Source: Adineta vaga
Lineage: Eukaryota > Animalia > Rotifera
Direction of reading: 5' to 3'
Length of the DNA stretch: 64,000 nt
Assembly (NCBI GenBank): GCA_021613535.1
Contig: CP075492.1
Span: 17,360,001-17,424,000, forward strand
Notes under the pieces: model-generated
Seen by the model: the letters and a program-made list of their open reading frames with translations, nothing else
Told to the model about the DNA's origin: nothing
Database searches by the model: none
Made by a program: the position numbers and the translations under genes
Shown here: positions 37,496-51,597 of the stretch, one piece after another
Numbering within the stretch: the stretch's first letter is position 1
How the letters are laid out: each line of letters opens with the position of its first letter

Positions 37496-40400
37496 TTATT
37501 TTGTTGAACATTTACATGTATTTAACAAAATATCCATGATTTTAGATATAAGATTTATCATAATTATATCTTGACAACCATCATTATTGAAATCAGTAAC
37601 ATCGGTCCAAAATGATGAACCATGTATACTATTTGAATAAATAATTTGCGCTTGAAAATTTCCTTTTCTATTTCGAAAAAAACCATAAATATTTATATTC
37701 GTTTTAGTACCTTCACTAATAATAATGTCTAAATATTTATCACCATTTAAATCACCTGTAACTACTAAATCAGATATGATAGGATGTTCCAGAAGAATTT
37801 GTTTATTTACATGAAATGTACCATTGTTATACCGATATAACAAACAAGTAGTATTCATTTGACTATAAGGAAAAACGATGTCAATTTGATTATTGTTATC
37901 AAAGTCACCAACTACTAATTTACTAGAATCAACATTGATTGCAGTGAAAATTTTTTTTTGTGTCTGATAACTTCCATTAATATTTGCAAAATATACATGA
38001 ATATGTAGAGAATTTTTATTCATCACTGCAATATCTAAATAATTATCATTATTAAAATCCATAACAAATAATTGTTGTGCATCACTCTCATCTGCTATAT
38101 ACAAGGACATTTCTAATGAAAATGTTCCATTATCACTTGCTAAATATATATAAACATAATCCACAAATTCAGTTATAACGATAATATCCAACTTATTATC
38201 CTTATTAAGATCAGTTATAGAACAATCGTATGGTACTCGATTTGTGATTAATAACTTCATAAATTGTTCTTGAAATGTTCCATTACCATATCCATAGAAA
38301 ACACCAATAGTCAGCGCATTATTAACACTAGATGAGAAAATCAGATCGACTCGTCTATCATTATTCATATCGGCGACACGAACAAAACGTGTAAGTAAGG
38401 AATTTTCTAAGTACATTTCAAGCAGTTCTATAAATGTACCGTTACCATTTCCAAGTAAAACATTTATTGACGGATAACTATCACAATAAAGTATTACATC
38501 AATTCGATTATCAAGATTTACATCGGCAACTGTACTGAGAAATAAACTATACGCTCTGCAATACACATTAAATGATAATTGTTCAAATTGAGGATGACAT
38601 ATTGGTTCTAAACATAGAAATTCATATAATATACTATTCAATTATTTTATATCTTTATGAATTAACCTGATGTGCTCGAAGATGTTAATATAGTTGTAGT
38701 CATAGTTGAACTGAAATCAGCAACTAATGACACATGTGTTGTCGAATCTATCAAAAAATAAACATACAATCGTATTAATATCGATAGAAACTTTTATTCT
38801 TACTTTGTTGAACATAAAATATTGGAAAAACAATAATACCTAGAGCCAAACATAGTAAAAGTACGATAACATATATCATCTTGGAAAATAATCGAATACG
38901 ACGAGACATAATATTATTTCTGAATAGAAAAGGAATTTATGATTAAAAATAGATTCAAACAAAATAATGATTTACTGTGATATTATATTCATTTGTGTCA
39001 TCTCAATATTTTCATTAGTATTTTGAATTACATTACATGACATTTCAAGAGAATCAGTTGGATGAATAGAAGTTATCTGTCGTCTTCGATTATAATAGAT
39101 CTTTGATCCAATTCGAATAAGTTTTGGACAAATCCATTTAAGAGCAATCGTTAAACCACCTTGAATACTAAGTATAACACTAATTGTATAAAATATATTA
39201 AACTTTGCAATCGTAGTATGAGAACATATGGAAGGTAAACAGTGTTCATAATATGTCGAATAATTGATTTCTGTTGACAATTTTTCAATAAATAAATTCT
39301 TCATAAGTTCATTTATTGTTGTATTTGGTAAAAAACGACTAAGATTTGTTGTTGAAAGAGGATTTAAAGAATTTTTATAATTTGTATATTGTTGAGTAAG
39401 ATTAAGACATGATTGATCATAAAAACATTCAAGAGTTGAAAGAAGAAATGATTCACTTGGTGTACAACCCATTTTTATACCTTTAATAGTAATATTTTTC
39501 GATGAATTTCTTTCAATAAATATTGCTTGAGTTGTACAATTTGATGATAATCCACAAGAACATTTGTTATCATAAATTATAGCTTTTGTTGGCATATAAA
39601 GAAATTTATACAAAGCTACTGTTCCAGTATATTCGAAATTAGTTCCATACATTGACATAAAAGCATTTCCATGAAAAATACTTTGAATAAAAATGAGAAG
39701 TCGAGAAAATAAGACAGGAGTATTGGATTTACTCTGTTCAATTAATACATCAATACGATTTTTAAAATTGATTTGTGAAAGAAGTTCGACAGTGACTAAT
39801 GATGATGTTAAAAGTTCATTAATAGAATTATTCACTGATTCTATAGACATTTGACATAATCTTTGAAGAAATTGTAAATGAGCTGGAAGAAATCGTCGAT
39901 AATCTTTTTGTTCATATACAGTTAAATTAGGAACAAGATTACTTAAGAAATCGAGTCGCCATGCTTCGGAAATAAATTCTCTTGTACAAACCTATAGAAA
40001 TAGAAATAGAAGAAAACATAATCGAAATGATTTTCTCTCTTACCAAATGAAATACTAATTCAATTTTAACAAATTGAATATATGTCGATGATATTCTTGA
40101 ACATGTACATTTTAATTCATTACTATAGATTTCTTTTAAATGATTATAACGAGTAGAAGATGGATAATCAAATTTTGTTGTTAAAACTTTTGGTTGAATC
40201 ATTGTATAAAATGTAAGAATTGTGAGACCAGTTAGAAATAAGACAATATAAAGACGAGTTGCCCAGAGACCATAAGTTCTAGCTGTTACTCGATCAACAT
40301 TACTTCCAATCTCATGTGATTTGAATATATTCAATCCAACTAATTTATTACGTAATCTTTGAATTATATTTTGGATTCTGATCTTTAATTGATCAAGACA

Positions 40401-43400
40401 ATTACGATGAACTAAAATTGAAAAAAAATCATTCTTTTTTTCCAAATATATTTATTGTATATCGAATGCATAGAAATGATATTACCTTGTTCTGTTGTTT
40501 TTTTACAAATTGTAGTCATTTTGAAAATGAGTTTTACAAGATAAGGTGTTAAAATACGTAGTGAAACTGCAATACCACCAATCATTGACACTAATATTAT
40601 AATTACGCCAACAAAAGTTGTTTTATTACTTTTTTGAAAATAAGAACAATATATTGGTGCACAAGATTCATAAAAAAGTTGATATGACGAAAAAGAATTC
40701 CATTGTTCTACCATCAGTAGTTTCATCATGGTTGAAATCGATGTATTAGGAGGAAAACGACTTACTGTTGGATCATAAACGAGAGGATTTATAGGAAGAG
40801 GAAGTGGTGATGATTCAGAAACGACGTGACTAGTAGATGTTTTTCTTAAATAGCTTAATAATAATATAAAACAATCTGAATCGATATATAAACATTGAAG
40901 TGTTGAGAAAAAAAGAGAATCAATTATAAGACAACCTCGAACCGAACCAGACATATTAACAATAAGATTTTTATGATTGTTACTGTTAAAATCAAAAAGA
41001 TGTTTGTAAATAACAGCCGGCATTTGACTATCAGGATTTATAGAGCAAGAATACTTGATCAATGTTGAATTGATTTCTTGTATTCCGTTTGGAATAAATA
41101 AAAGCTAGAAATATAAGTTTTTTTAATTTATATTTTCAAAATTGTTTGAATAGACAAATGATATTCTTATTTAGTCACTACTTATCAATCGTTTTTGATG
41201 GAATCTAACTTATATCATATTTGAAAATAATATTCAACATTTTCATATGACATGCAAATTGTTCTTCTCACTATACTCATATTGATAAGATAATAAAATG
41301 AATAGGAAATTCTTTAAATTCTCTTTGAAAATGTTGTAAATCAGCAGCGAGTATCTCCTTTATAGTACTGAATTAGTTTTAGAAAGTCACATACTCGTAC
41401 TGCTTGATTATTTGTTGTCTCATCCATTATTACTTCTACAGTCAGATCAGTTTTTAAATCGTTCATGTCCGTTTTTCCTACTGCTCCGTAAAATTGATCA
41501 ACTTGGATAATAAGAGGTACGATCTCTTTCAAGAGATGAAAGTTATACTCTGTTGATTGATAAAATTGTTTGAGACTTGTAACGAGTTGTTCATCAAAAT
41601 TAATTTCATTTATCATAGAAGAAACGATAAATACTTGTGAAAGAAATCTCTGAATAGCATCATAAATTGTTTTATTAGCTAATTGACAAAGATCAGATAA
41701 AATTTGAAATTGTACATATGCTTGTTGACGCCAATCATTAATTATTTGATCACCTGAACTTATCTTTAATATCGAAATCCAATGCTCAGTGACGAAACCA
41801 CTTGAACATATTTGATGAAAAGTAGGAGAAAATGATATAAATGTTTGAAAAGATATTGTTTTATTCGAACATGGACATTGAACTGCAGTTGAATAGATTC
41901 TTTCTAATGATTTGTAAGTTGTTAATGAAGGATTTAATTCTGTTATGGTCACGATTTCATTGTTTAATGTTGTGAACAGACAAAGAATACATATCGAAGC
42001 TAATTTTTAAAAAGAAAAGTATTGAAGATGATCGAACATGTTCTTTTTTTATCTCATATCTTCTAAAGTTATTTTAAACAATTTTCTTTACTATTTAACT
42101 ATAATTTTCAGATTTGACACTTCAAATTGAATATCTCTACGCGAGTGAAATGCAACATAGAAGAAAGTCAATGTTATGTGTAATGAGAAAAAACTTTACC
42201 AAATAATAAAATTAAATAAACACGAGTAATAATTCTTTGCTGTTTGATATTTTCTTCTGTTCGGTGATGAATTTTTTTAAATAAATTTAATCGTTTCATT
42301 GATTGAATTACTGTGATTGTATTCGTATTTTGTTGATCTATAAAATACAAAAAAAAGAAGAAATTCAATCAATTAATAATGAGAACCAGATTTTATTAGA
42401 AATCTACTTGAATTTTCATTTGAACAAGCTTTAGATTCGAATATGATATCAATGAAATATGATGCAAACAATCTAAGTATAATGATGAGGCCACCATAAA
42501 GACTAATGAAAAGAGTAATTGCATAAGATAAGACTACAGGAGTTTTTGTTGTATAAGTACACATTGATGGTGAACATTGATTAAAATATGCCGAATAATT
42601 GATTTTTTTTGACCAATTGACAACGAAAAGATTGTTTAAATAATTAATAACAGACATATTTTCATGTTTTGAAGATAAAATTGAATTATTCCAATTGATA
42701 TCCATCTGAAGAAAGAGAATATATTTAATAAAAATCTCCCATCATATTTTACAAACTTGGTTCAAATTTGGAAAATATTCCAACAGTAATTGAACACATT
42801 CTAATTCGTATAAACAATCTAATGTGCTTTCAAAGATTGCTTCAAGTGGAATACATCCTGCAAAGAAACCTTTAACGATTGTAGATTTCGGTATTGCATA
42901 TAAATGAATTCTCTGCGAAAATTCTAATGGATCAGAAGTATTCACAATTATAGAATCAGTTAACAAGCATTTTAAATTCATATCATTATTAGAAGTATAT
43001 TTTACTGATGATGTCGCTGTGTGATACGTTTGATCCGTAGTCTGTAATATGGTAATTATCCTATTAGTGCCGAGAGCTGAGACAAAGTTGATTCCTCGAA
43101 TTGCCATTCTCAAATAATCCACGAATGACATGATTCGACCACGTGCATCGTTCTTCTGAAATTCAATGGTACCGTTTACGTTCAGTTCAACTTGTCTCTC
43201 AGAAAAAAGTTCAATGGTAACAAATTCAGTATTGTAAACATTGGTTTGAATTTGAGAAATTAGTTCTTCCGAAAAGGAACAAAACTTTGACAAAAGTTTA
43301 AACTAAATGAAAAAAAAGAAACTGACTTTTAGAATATGAGGGGTGTGGGTGTTCGTCGAGGTATCTCTTCTATACCCACACGCTCAAGATGGAATATATC

Positions 43401-43916
43401 TATGACTAACCTGCGAAAAGGCCGTTGTTCGAAAATCTATGGGCAAGAAAAGACTTGCCTTTTCAAAATATAATCGTTCAATCCATTGTTTATCAACGAA
43501 AACACTCGAACATACTGAATGCATTGTAATATTGTTAAAAACAAAACTTTTATATGGTATTGTAATTGTTGTACATGGACATGAAAGTGTTTTACCATGT
43601 TCAAACGATAATTTAGCAAAAATATCAGGTGTTATATTTGAAATAACAATCGTTTCAGATTCAATTTTTGTTATAGTAATGTAAAATAATATATAAAGAC
43701 ATACTAAAAGAAAAAATATCACTTTGTTATTTCGTTATGTCTTGTATGTTATTTACCTGTGAGAAATATAACGTACAACCAAGTTTTATATTTCTGATGT
43801 TTAAGAACTAAAATTGGATCTTTGATATCTTCATCATAATCATCTTTGTCTAACATAAAAAGATTATAATTGCGAACTTTTTTTAAAATCCATTCAAAAC
43901 TAGCTTTTATCTTCAT
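37496..43916 (-). CDS. Large multi-exon membrane protein: three repeated TM/Cys-rich ectodomain modules plus C-terminal FG-GAP/VCBS repeats
   Basis: A module (CPC..., GCxPxE...STLxCxY, Y..C.P..C.Y, GGL) occurs three times; DxNxDxxxD repeats in 37496-38641; ATG at 43916; short introns. Confidence 0.8.
43337..43389. repeat. Hairpin element inside intron 43303-43410
   Basis: TGAGGGGTGTGGGTGT...ATACCCACACGCTCAAGA. Confidence 0.9.
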
Positions 43917-44169
43917 AATATTCAGTAGATTTTTTCAAACTGATTCAAATACTTTAATCTATAATGAAAATGTTCTTTTACTGTATAAATTATATGAATA
44001 AGAATTATTACAAGAAAAAAATCCAGTTATATTTACCTATATACCTACTAACATGCTTCATGATACTTGTTTTTACTTGCATATGAGTATTTCACATTAG
44101 GAAAGTAGAAGAATCAATTTCAGTTAGAATAAATGTATGCGTTTTGCTTGCATGCTTATTTTTCCTCAT

Positions 44170-44963
44170 TTATATTTATGCTTAAGTTTTTTACAGCTGT
44201 TTAATATTATTTTTTCTAGATCTTATTTACAAATATTTGCAGAACTAAAAGCAAGCCTTGTTGCCTATACCATATGCGATGAAAATTCATTAGAAAAATA
44301 ATTTTTTCTCATTTTTTTTATTATTTTCTGTTACTAAAACTAGCTATAAACTTGAAACTCTGTGTGTGCTTAGTATCAGTTGTCCTTCAGAAACTGTTAA
44401 AGTTTTAAGAAAAACTCGTTGATGTTAAATAGATAAGCGAACTATTAGAGAAATCATTGCAGAGGTTGTGCAACATCTCTTAGAAATATCTCACGTAGTT
44501 TATCCAAGAGGATTTTTTATCATCTCTATTTATTATACTTAGTGCAAACTTTCATTAAACAGAAAATAATGTGCTGGGCTTAGTAAATTTGAAAGAAAAA
44601 AATTCTGTGTTGTTTCTCTTATGATATTTGACATAGGATCTGTTTAAGCGTTTTACAAAATAAACTAAAATCAAGAAATAGATCTCCAAGAATGCTAATT
44701 GCACTCTTTCATTGTAAAACAAAATTCGGACAATTTCGCGTGAACACAGATACAAATCTGATTCATACGCTGGTGAATACGATTTTATGATAAAATAAAA
44801 AATGGATATGAAGACTCATAAATATCCTCTAATTAGTAATATAAAGAATGTCCATCCTATACCGCAGTGTTATAGATATTCATGATGCACACGCTCTTAA
44901 AGATATATCATGAATACCGCTAACACCGCTATGAGTATATCGTCATGGTTTTAGAGGTATAGT
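44170..44963 (+). repeat. Segmental duplicate, copy 1
   Basis: Near-identical to 50475-51234. Confidence 0.95.
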
Positions 44964-45015
44964 TGGGTGTGGGTGTGGGTATCTCCTTTTCTCGTATACC
45001 CACCCACACCCTCAA
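44964..45015. repeat. Hairpin element
   Basis: TGGGTGTGGGTGTGGGTATCTCC...ATACCCACCCACACCCTCAA. Confidence 0.95.
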
Positions 45016-45053
45016 CACATTGCTGATAGATCTATAACAGTATATTCATTCTA

Positions 45054-45415
45054 ATGGCAAAAGCAAATAATAAACAAGGTTGTCTTAAATGTGGAAAATT
45101 CAAATCTACATCAAAATGTACTGAATGTTCCGATGATTTTTGTTTTGATCATCTTGCACAACATCAGCAAGATTTAAGTTTATTGTTAGATTATATTGAA
45201 AATGATCGTAATCTCTTCATACAATTATTTAACGAATACAAAGACACAATGGAAATCAATAAATTTACTGAATAAATGGATCAATGGGAAAAATAATCAA
45301 TTAGTAAAATTCATCAAACAGCATATGAATATAAACAATTAGTAATAAAATATATGAATGAAAATATACAAAAAATTGAAATGGATTTTAATGAACTAGA
45401 TTTAAAAGAACTTGA
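45054..45415 (+). pseudogene. B-box-like zinc finger plus coiled-coil N-terminal fragment
   Basis: CxxC...CxxCxxxFCxxHxxxH, then DQWEK*SISKIHQTA with in-frame stops; ends at an element. Confidence 0.8.
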
Positions 45416-45463
45416 TGAGTGTGGGTGTAAATATAACACCCACACCCGCCCACACCCTCAAGA
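45411..45463. repeat. Hairpin element
   Basis: CTTGATGAGTGTGGGTGT-AAATATA-ACACCCACACCCGCCCACACCCTCAAGA. Confidence 0.92.
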
Positions 45464-45755
45464 TTAATGAACGGATTAAAAGACAGCTATCATACGTGCT
45501 GTAACATAGTAAATCATGTTGGCTATCATACATCTATGTCTAATTGATTTTCCACTCCTCCTCTATGAGTGCATTTTGTCATGCATTCGCAAACCTTTAA
45601 ACCACATAAACTTCAACATATCACTAAATCCATTTTTGAAAGACTAGCAATAGTATAGTCGTCAAATGATAAAATTCAAAGAACTGACGGGAGAAAATAT
45701 TTTCGTTTTCTAGATTAATTTTATCATGATTGAAACGAATATCTTCAGTGAAATC

Positions 45756-45800
45756 GAGGGTGAGCATGCTTTTTTACGCTCCATCCTCACCCTACACCCC
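45756..45800. repeat. Hairpin element
   Basis: GAGGGTGAG...CCTCACCCTACACCCC. Confidence 0.7.
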
Positions 45801-45824
45801 TATTATTCATATCGATATCTTTGA

Positions 45825-48800
45825 TTAAATATTGTAGATATTCAATAGTCCTTTTTTATAGTTATCAATAACTGTCCCGAGAAGTAATCGTGTTGGTCCC
45901 ATCCACCGAAAATGAATTGGTGCAATTTTGCTAAAGGAAAACCGAGGATCTTCCTCATTATCACCAAAAGAGACTTCTCTTGGAGCCATACCATCATTAT
46001 CTAGAACATCACATAAATATAATTTATTTGGATTACCACGAACGAAAAGCCAATGACTCGATGGAGAAAACATTTGTAATTTATGATGAAATCCATCAAT
46101 ACGTTTTCGTTGTGTTAATTTATCATCTATAAAACGTATATCAATAGACCATGTATTACCATTTTCTCGAACATTCAGCACAAGATATTCTCCATTTCTA
46201 TCTATTATCATGTCTCGTATTTCATCGTTATCTTTATAATTTAAATTGATCTTTGACCATTCACGATGTCTAGTCCAATCGGTCATTTTATATTGTTGAA
46301 TTGTATGATAACCACGATTAAGAAATAAATAATCATCAGTCGACCCACATGTTATAAATCTTAATCTCGTTTCAGTTTTTTCATCCGATGCATAGATAGC
46401 TCCATGTTTCTTTCTTATCAGTCTATTATTTGAATATTCCATTGAAAATAATGCTCGATTTGAAAGTATTAAGAAAGAGTTTAAATATGTCGACCAAACG
46501 ATTTGTGCAATGAAACCATGATTCTTATAATCATTTTGATTCCACCGCCATTGACAAAGGTATTCACCATTTCGATGAAATAGTCCGAAAGTATAGTTTT
46601 CATACAGAAGAATAAATTCTTGAGAACAATCGAAGCAACCATGTGCAATATCGGGTGTTTTGAGATGAATTTGGTTATGCAATGTAGCAGAAGTAAGAAA
46701 TCTGTCAACATGTATACCTCTTCAAAAAAGAAACATACATATACATAATGATAAATAAGTCGAACTTACTTGATTAACCGACGAAATGTTTCATTGTTTA
46801 ATAAATCTTTTGCTCTGGGTCTTTCAGATGCCAATGGTTTCAACAACCATAATATTATAGATTCATACTAAAATTAAATATTTAATTATTTTTTAAAGAA
46901 TTGGAATGATTGTATTACTATTTTCTGTCTATTTATTATAGTTTTTCTTCAATACACTTACCGATAAATGAAAATCGACGGCTTTTTCATAGCTTTTTAA
47001 TATTGGAGTGATATCTAAATTCTTCTCTGTGGATTTTCGAATCTTGTCTAAAACCTAAGATAAATGTTATTCGGATACAATTGAGTATTTGTCTCATAAT
47101 CAGTTTCATCGTTACCGAATATCGTTCTGACTGCGTTTTGAATGGAGCTAATACTTCGAGAAAGACAATACCCATCGCATAGATATCAACCTTTTCGTCA
47201 CAGGAAATTCTTCGTTCTTTTTTTCGCTAAACTCATTAAAATTTTATACTGTGCATGCTTGAATGAAATAATATAAACTCACTAGTTCTGGTGCGATATA
47301 CCAATGTGTACCTTGATTTGTTCTATTGGTAATCTCCATCTCATTATTGTCTAACAGTTCAGCAACGAGACCAAAATCACCAATTTTAATGAAATTCTCA
47401 GCAGAAAAGAAAATATTCGCTGGTTTGATATCACAATGAATCTATGGAGAAATCTAAAGTTATAAATCTTATCTCAATACAAAATCTGTCTATCTCACCA
47501 ATCGTTCTCCATGAATATAAGCAATACCTTCAGCTATTTGTTGTACAATATTACAAGATTGTTCTTCAGTTAAGTTATATAGATTCAATCGTTGTTCAAG
47601 TGATTCACCTTCGCATAATTTCATTGAATAATAAAGATAAGATGTTTTTGCCGGTATTTTGCTATTATTCTCTTCAGTCTGAAAGGACGATCTCTTCAAG
47701 ACAATTATTAGGATGATACTTTATTAAGTGATTAAACTATTTACCATCTCACTGCGATTTGTTGCATATGGTTGAACTCCTATGGAACTTACTAATGAAT
47801 GGGAAGTGTTTGTATTCTTTGTAGAGGTTTTCTGAGATGATTCTTCAAAACAAATATCATCGTCTTCTTCAGTAGTTGTTGTTCGAGAAATGCTATCAGT
47901 TGTGTTTGATGTATCTTCCTTTATAGCTTCAGAATCAGTCGTTGCATATGTTGTTGCTCTAGAATACATCAATGATGTTAATATTCAAATTAAAACTATG
48001 TCTATCTATTCTTCTGCTTGTTCAAACAATTACTAATTCAAGTAGATGACCGTAGATATAAAAAAATATGTTGGCTGTCTATATTTCAGTGTGGTATCAT
48101 ATAGAGACTTGCCTGCTCAAATCTCTCCAGTCGTAGGTCTTATCTTCTTGTCGTTGCCAGCCAACAGGTGGATTTTCAATCCAAGTATGATAATATGGAA
48201 TGATATATGGATGATCTAATCGGACCAATGCTCGCACTTCTTTGATAGCCATTTTCTGTTCACGTTCACTAAAACGATCAAACAAGTAAATAGAAAAATT
48301 CATGCAGATACGATTAACATACTTCTTAAACGAGATACGTTTAACAGCTAAGCGTCGACCATCCAGTTTATTGATTGCTTCGAAAACGTATCCAAATCCT
48401 CCTTTACCAAGTACTTTAATAGTCTGATAATCTGTCGCATATCTTACAACGAAAATTACTCATATAATAACATCATTACTAAAAATGTTTGTGTGCAATA
48501 TTACACTACCTACCGAGATTCGAAGACGTCGCTTTTTGCGCCTGCCATTGTACGTATTTCTGTAGAGGCAGCATCGCCAAATTGAAGCTCGCTGTTTATC
48601 TGTAATTGAGGATCAAGCGCTCTATTCAGTTCTTCGGTATCTTCATTTTCTGTATTTATTTCATTTTCTTCTGGTTCTAAATCAAAGTCAAAGATACAAA
48701 AGTTCAAATTTTCTACAAAATTTCATATCGAAAGCTATCTCACAAAAATAGATGTTCATTAGGTAAATCGAATATTGTAGTTACTTACGTGAATTAAAAA

Positions 48801-49667
48801 TACTGCATAGAACAATGTTTCGATCTTTTAACGAACAATTGATCCAAGGGACTTGTGGAAACAATTTATCCATAGTCTCATTTTGAACATCTCGAGCAAC
48901 ATCTCTTAAAATCATTGCTATGTCTTGATCTGGTTTTGCAATATGTTGAAGTAAATACCAGGTAAACAAACTATTACGACCATTAGCACACATATCGGAC
49001 GCTATCTGTCCTTCAGCACAAGGAAATGCGATGAGAACATTCGTAAAATGTGAAGAAATATAGATTTTCTAAAAAACAATATTTGTTGCTTAGCAATATA
49101 TGAGCATTCTTCTTACTTTTAGTCCTTGTGGAAATTCCACGTCATATAATCCACTACCAATATTTTTCAAATTATGATGTCTTAAATGGTATTTCCGACA
49201 ACAATCTAATAAAAGTATGGCAGCAAAAGGTCTTTTTTTTGTGATGCTATTTAAAATTTCTTGCGTATGTAATGCAACTTTTTTGAGCGTTTCATCTTCA
49301 ATATCGCCATCGTTTGATGGAATCAAATAATTTTGATCCTAAAGCATTGAATGAGAAGATTTGACACTTAGATACACACAATAATACTTACTTCCCATTG
49401 ATGCCCGTGACCGGCAAAATAGAATAATACGATATCGTTTGATTCGATTCTTTTTACAAAAGTTTCCAGTGATGATTTCATGTCATTGAAAGTAGCATTT
49501 AATCGTTGTGTGACATCAAAATACATAGTCTTCAATTTCTCAGACATATCCTGAGCATCGTTGACTGGATTTTGTAAATAATTTTCAAATCTATAATCAT
49601 TATTTCCAATGATCAATGCTAATTTGTTTCGTTTATTTGTTGTGGAAATCGAGCCTGCAACATTCAT
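45825..49667 (-). CDS. Multi-exon fusion: caspase-like (peptidase C14) domain, eIF2-alpha-kinase-like kinase, and a C-terminal putative beta-propeller
   Basis: KLALIIGNNDY..LQNPVNDA, FYFAGHG, LLDCCR; RYATDY..LGKGGFGYVFEA..AVKRI, LDHPYII.YYHTWIE.PP.GWQ, kinase insert, IHCDIKPANIF, DFG, GTHWYIAPE, KVDIYAMG; all gaps are short GT-AG introns. Confidence 0.8.
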
Positions 49668-50418
49668 TATATTGATGGGACAAACAGCAAGCTTTTAAAT
49701 CTAAAACTATGTGAGAATGAGAATAGACAGAAACTTTTAAGGTCATTAATTATTTCCACCTAATCCGAATGCTACTATTTAGCCTTGTGCAATCATATCA
49801 TTCTAAACTTTTCTGATAAAAACTTTAAATCAAAGTCAATACTAAGCATTTATCACCAAATAAAAAATCTGGTCGATAAAGATATGAAACAGAGAGAAGT
49901 AACAGATTTCATAGTCGAGTGAGTCAGGTGAGTGCAGTAAGAGAAGTATTTACTTTGTATACACTGAATCATAATTAGATGGACGAAAAGGAAGTTTTTT
50001 TATTCCCACTATAGAAGAAAGGCTGTATTATGTTAAAATAATAGTAATAGATGAGAATGTTTTTCTAAGTGTTCTGGTTGCTTTTTTCCATTCTTTCAAA
50101 AAACGAGCGTGTTTTTTATGATACGCTTTTCAATCTATTCTTTCCTAATGCAAACAAAAGAAAACTTGCGTTTTCATTTCTTCGTCAATATAAGACTGTT
50201 ACAAAGAAAGATACACCAATGAAGGAGAAAAACAGCGTCAGATGTTTGCTTTAAGATGGAATTTTTTTCTCGAGAGTATGCATGAAGACGGTGTTGGGAA
50301 CAGTGTGATAACGTCTAAAATGTTGGCATCACAAACACTCCGAACACTACCGAAGTGTCTATATGAAGTTTACCTTCAAAATCATCAATGTTCCATCACT
50401 TCTATTGCATCTAGACTG

Positions 50419-50474
50419 TTGAGGGTGTGGGTGTTAGACAGATGTAGTATCCACACCCTCACCCACACCCACCC
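50419..50474. repeat. Hairpin element
   Basis: TTGAGGGTGTGGGTGT...TATCCACACCCTCACCCACACCCACCC. Confidence 0.95.
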
Positions 50475-51234
50475 TTATATTTATGCTTAAGTTTTTTACA
50501 GCTGTTTAACATTATTTTTTCTAGATCTTATTTACAAATATTTGCAGAACTAAAGGCAAGCCTTGTTGCCTATACCATATGCGATGAAAATTCATTAGAA
50601 AATAATTTTTTCTCATTTTTTTTATTATTTTCTGTTACTAAAACTAGCTATAAACTTGAAACTCTGTGTGTGCTTAGTATCAGTTGTCCTTCAGAAACTG
50701 TTAAAGTTTTAAGAAAAACTCGTTGATGTTAAATAGATAAGCGAACTATTAGAGAAATCATTGCAGAGGTTGTGCAACATCTCTTAGAAATATCTCACGT
50801 AGTTTATCCAAGAGGATTTTTTATCATCTCTATTTATTATACTTAGTGCAAACTTTCATTAAACAGAAAATAATGTGCTGGGCTTAGTAAATTTGAAAGA
50901 AAAAAATTCTGTGTTGTTTCTCTTATGATATTTGACATAGGATCTGTTTAAGCGTTTTACAAAATAAACTAAAATCAAGAAATAGATCTCCAAGAATGCT
51001 AATTGCACTCTTTCATTGTAAAACAAAATTCGGACAATTTCGCGTGAACACAGATACAAATCTGATTCATACGCTGGTGAATACGATTTTATGATAAAAT
51101 AAAAAATGGATATGAAGACTCATAAATATCCTCTAATTAGTAATATAAAGAATGTCCATCCTATACCGCAGTGTTATAGATATTCATGATGCACGCGCTC
51201 CTCAAGATATATCATTATGATTTTAGAGGTATAG
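50475..51234 (+). repeat. Segmental duplicate, copy 2
   Basis: Near-identical to 44170-44963, with an indel near the right end. Confidence 0.95.
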
Positions 51235-51339
51235 CTGTGTTAGCGATGTTCGCAGAATGTTAATGTACTACTTCTATTCTAGGACCAATCAAAATTGGTA
51301 TTCGCAGATATTCGTGGTAATAACTCGATAAACTTTACC

Positions 51340-51384
51340 TGTGGGTGTGGGTTGTTGGTATCTCCTCTTCTTTTACACCCTCAA
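51340..51384. repeat. Hairpin element
   Basis: TGTGGGTGTGGGTTGTTGGTATCTCCTCTTCTTTTACACCCTCAA. Confidence 0.85.
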
Positions 51385-51597
51385 TGCAATCTCTAGTTCA
51401 TGAATACAACGATAAGACAGTAAATATCGACACAGTAATAAGACAATCGATCAATATCTTTCGTGAAAATAAGTTTATAGGTATAATCTTATTTTATTAG
51501 TATCAATTTGTGAAAACATTCATGATTAAATAATTTGATTAGAAAATAAAGCTTGATAGTCAATTCTGAAGGAGAAATGTGATCTTGTAAATATCTG

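Noticed and set aside
44555-44755. Identical 66-aa ORFs at 44555 and 50859
   Set aside because: Non-ATG start and no recognisable motif. The identity reflects the segmental duplication.
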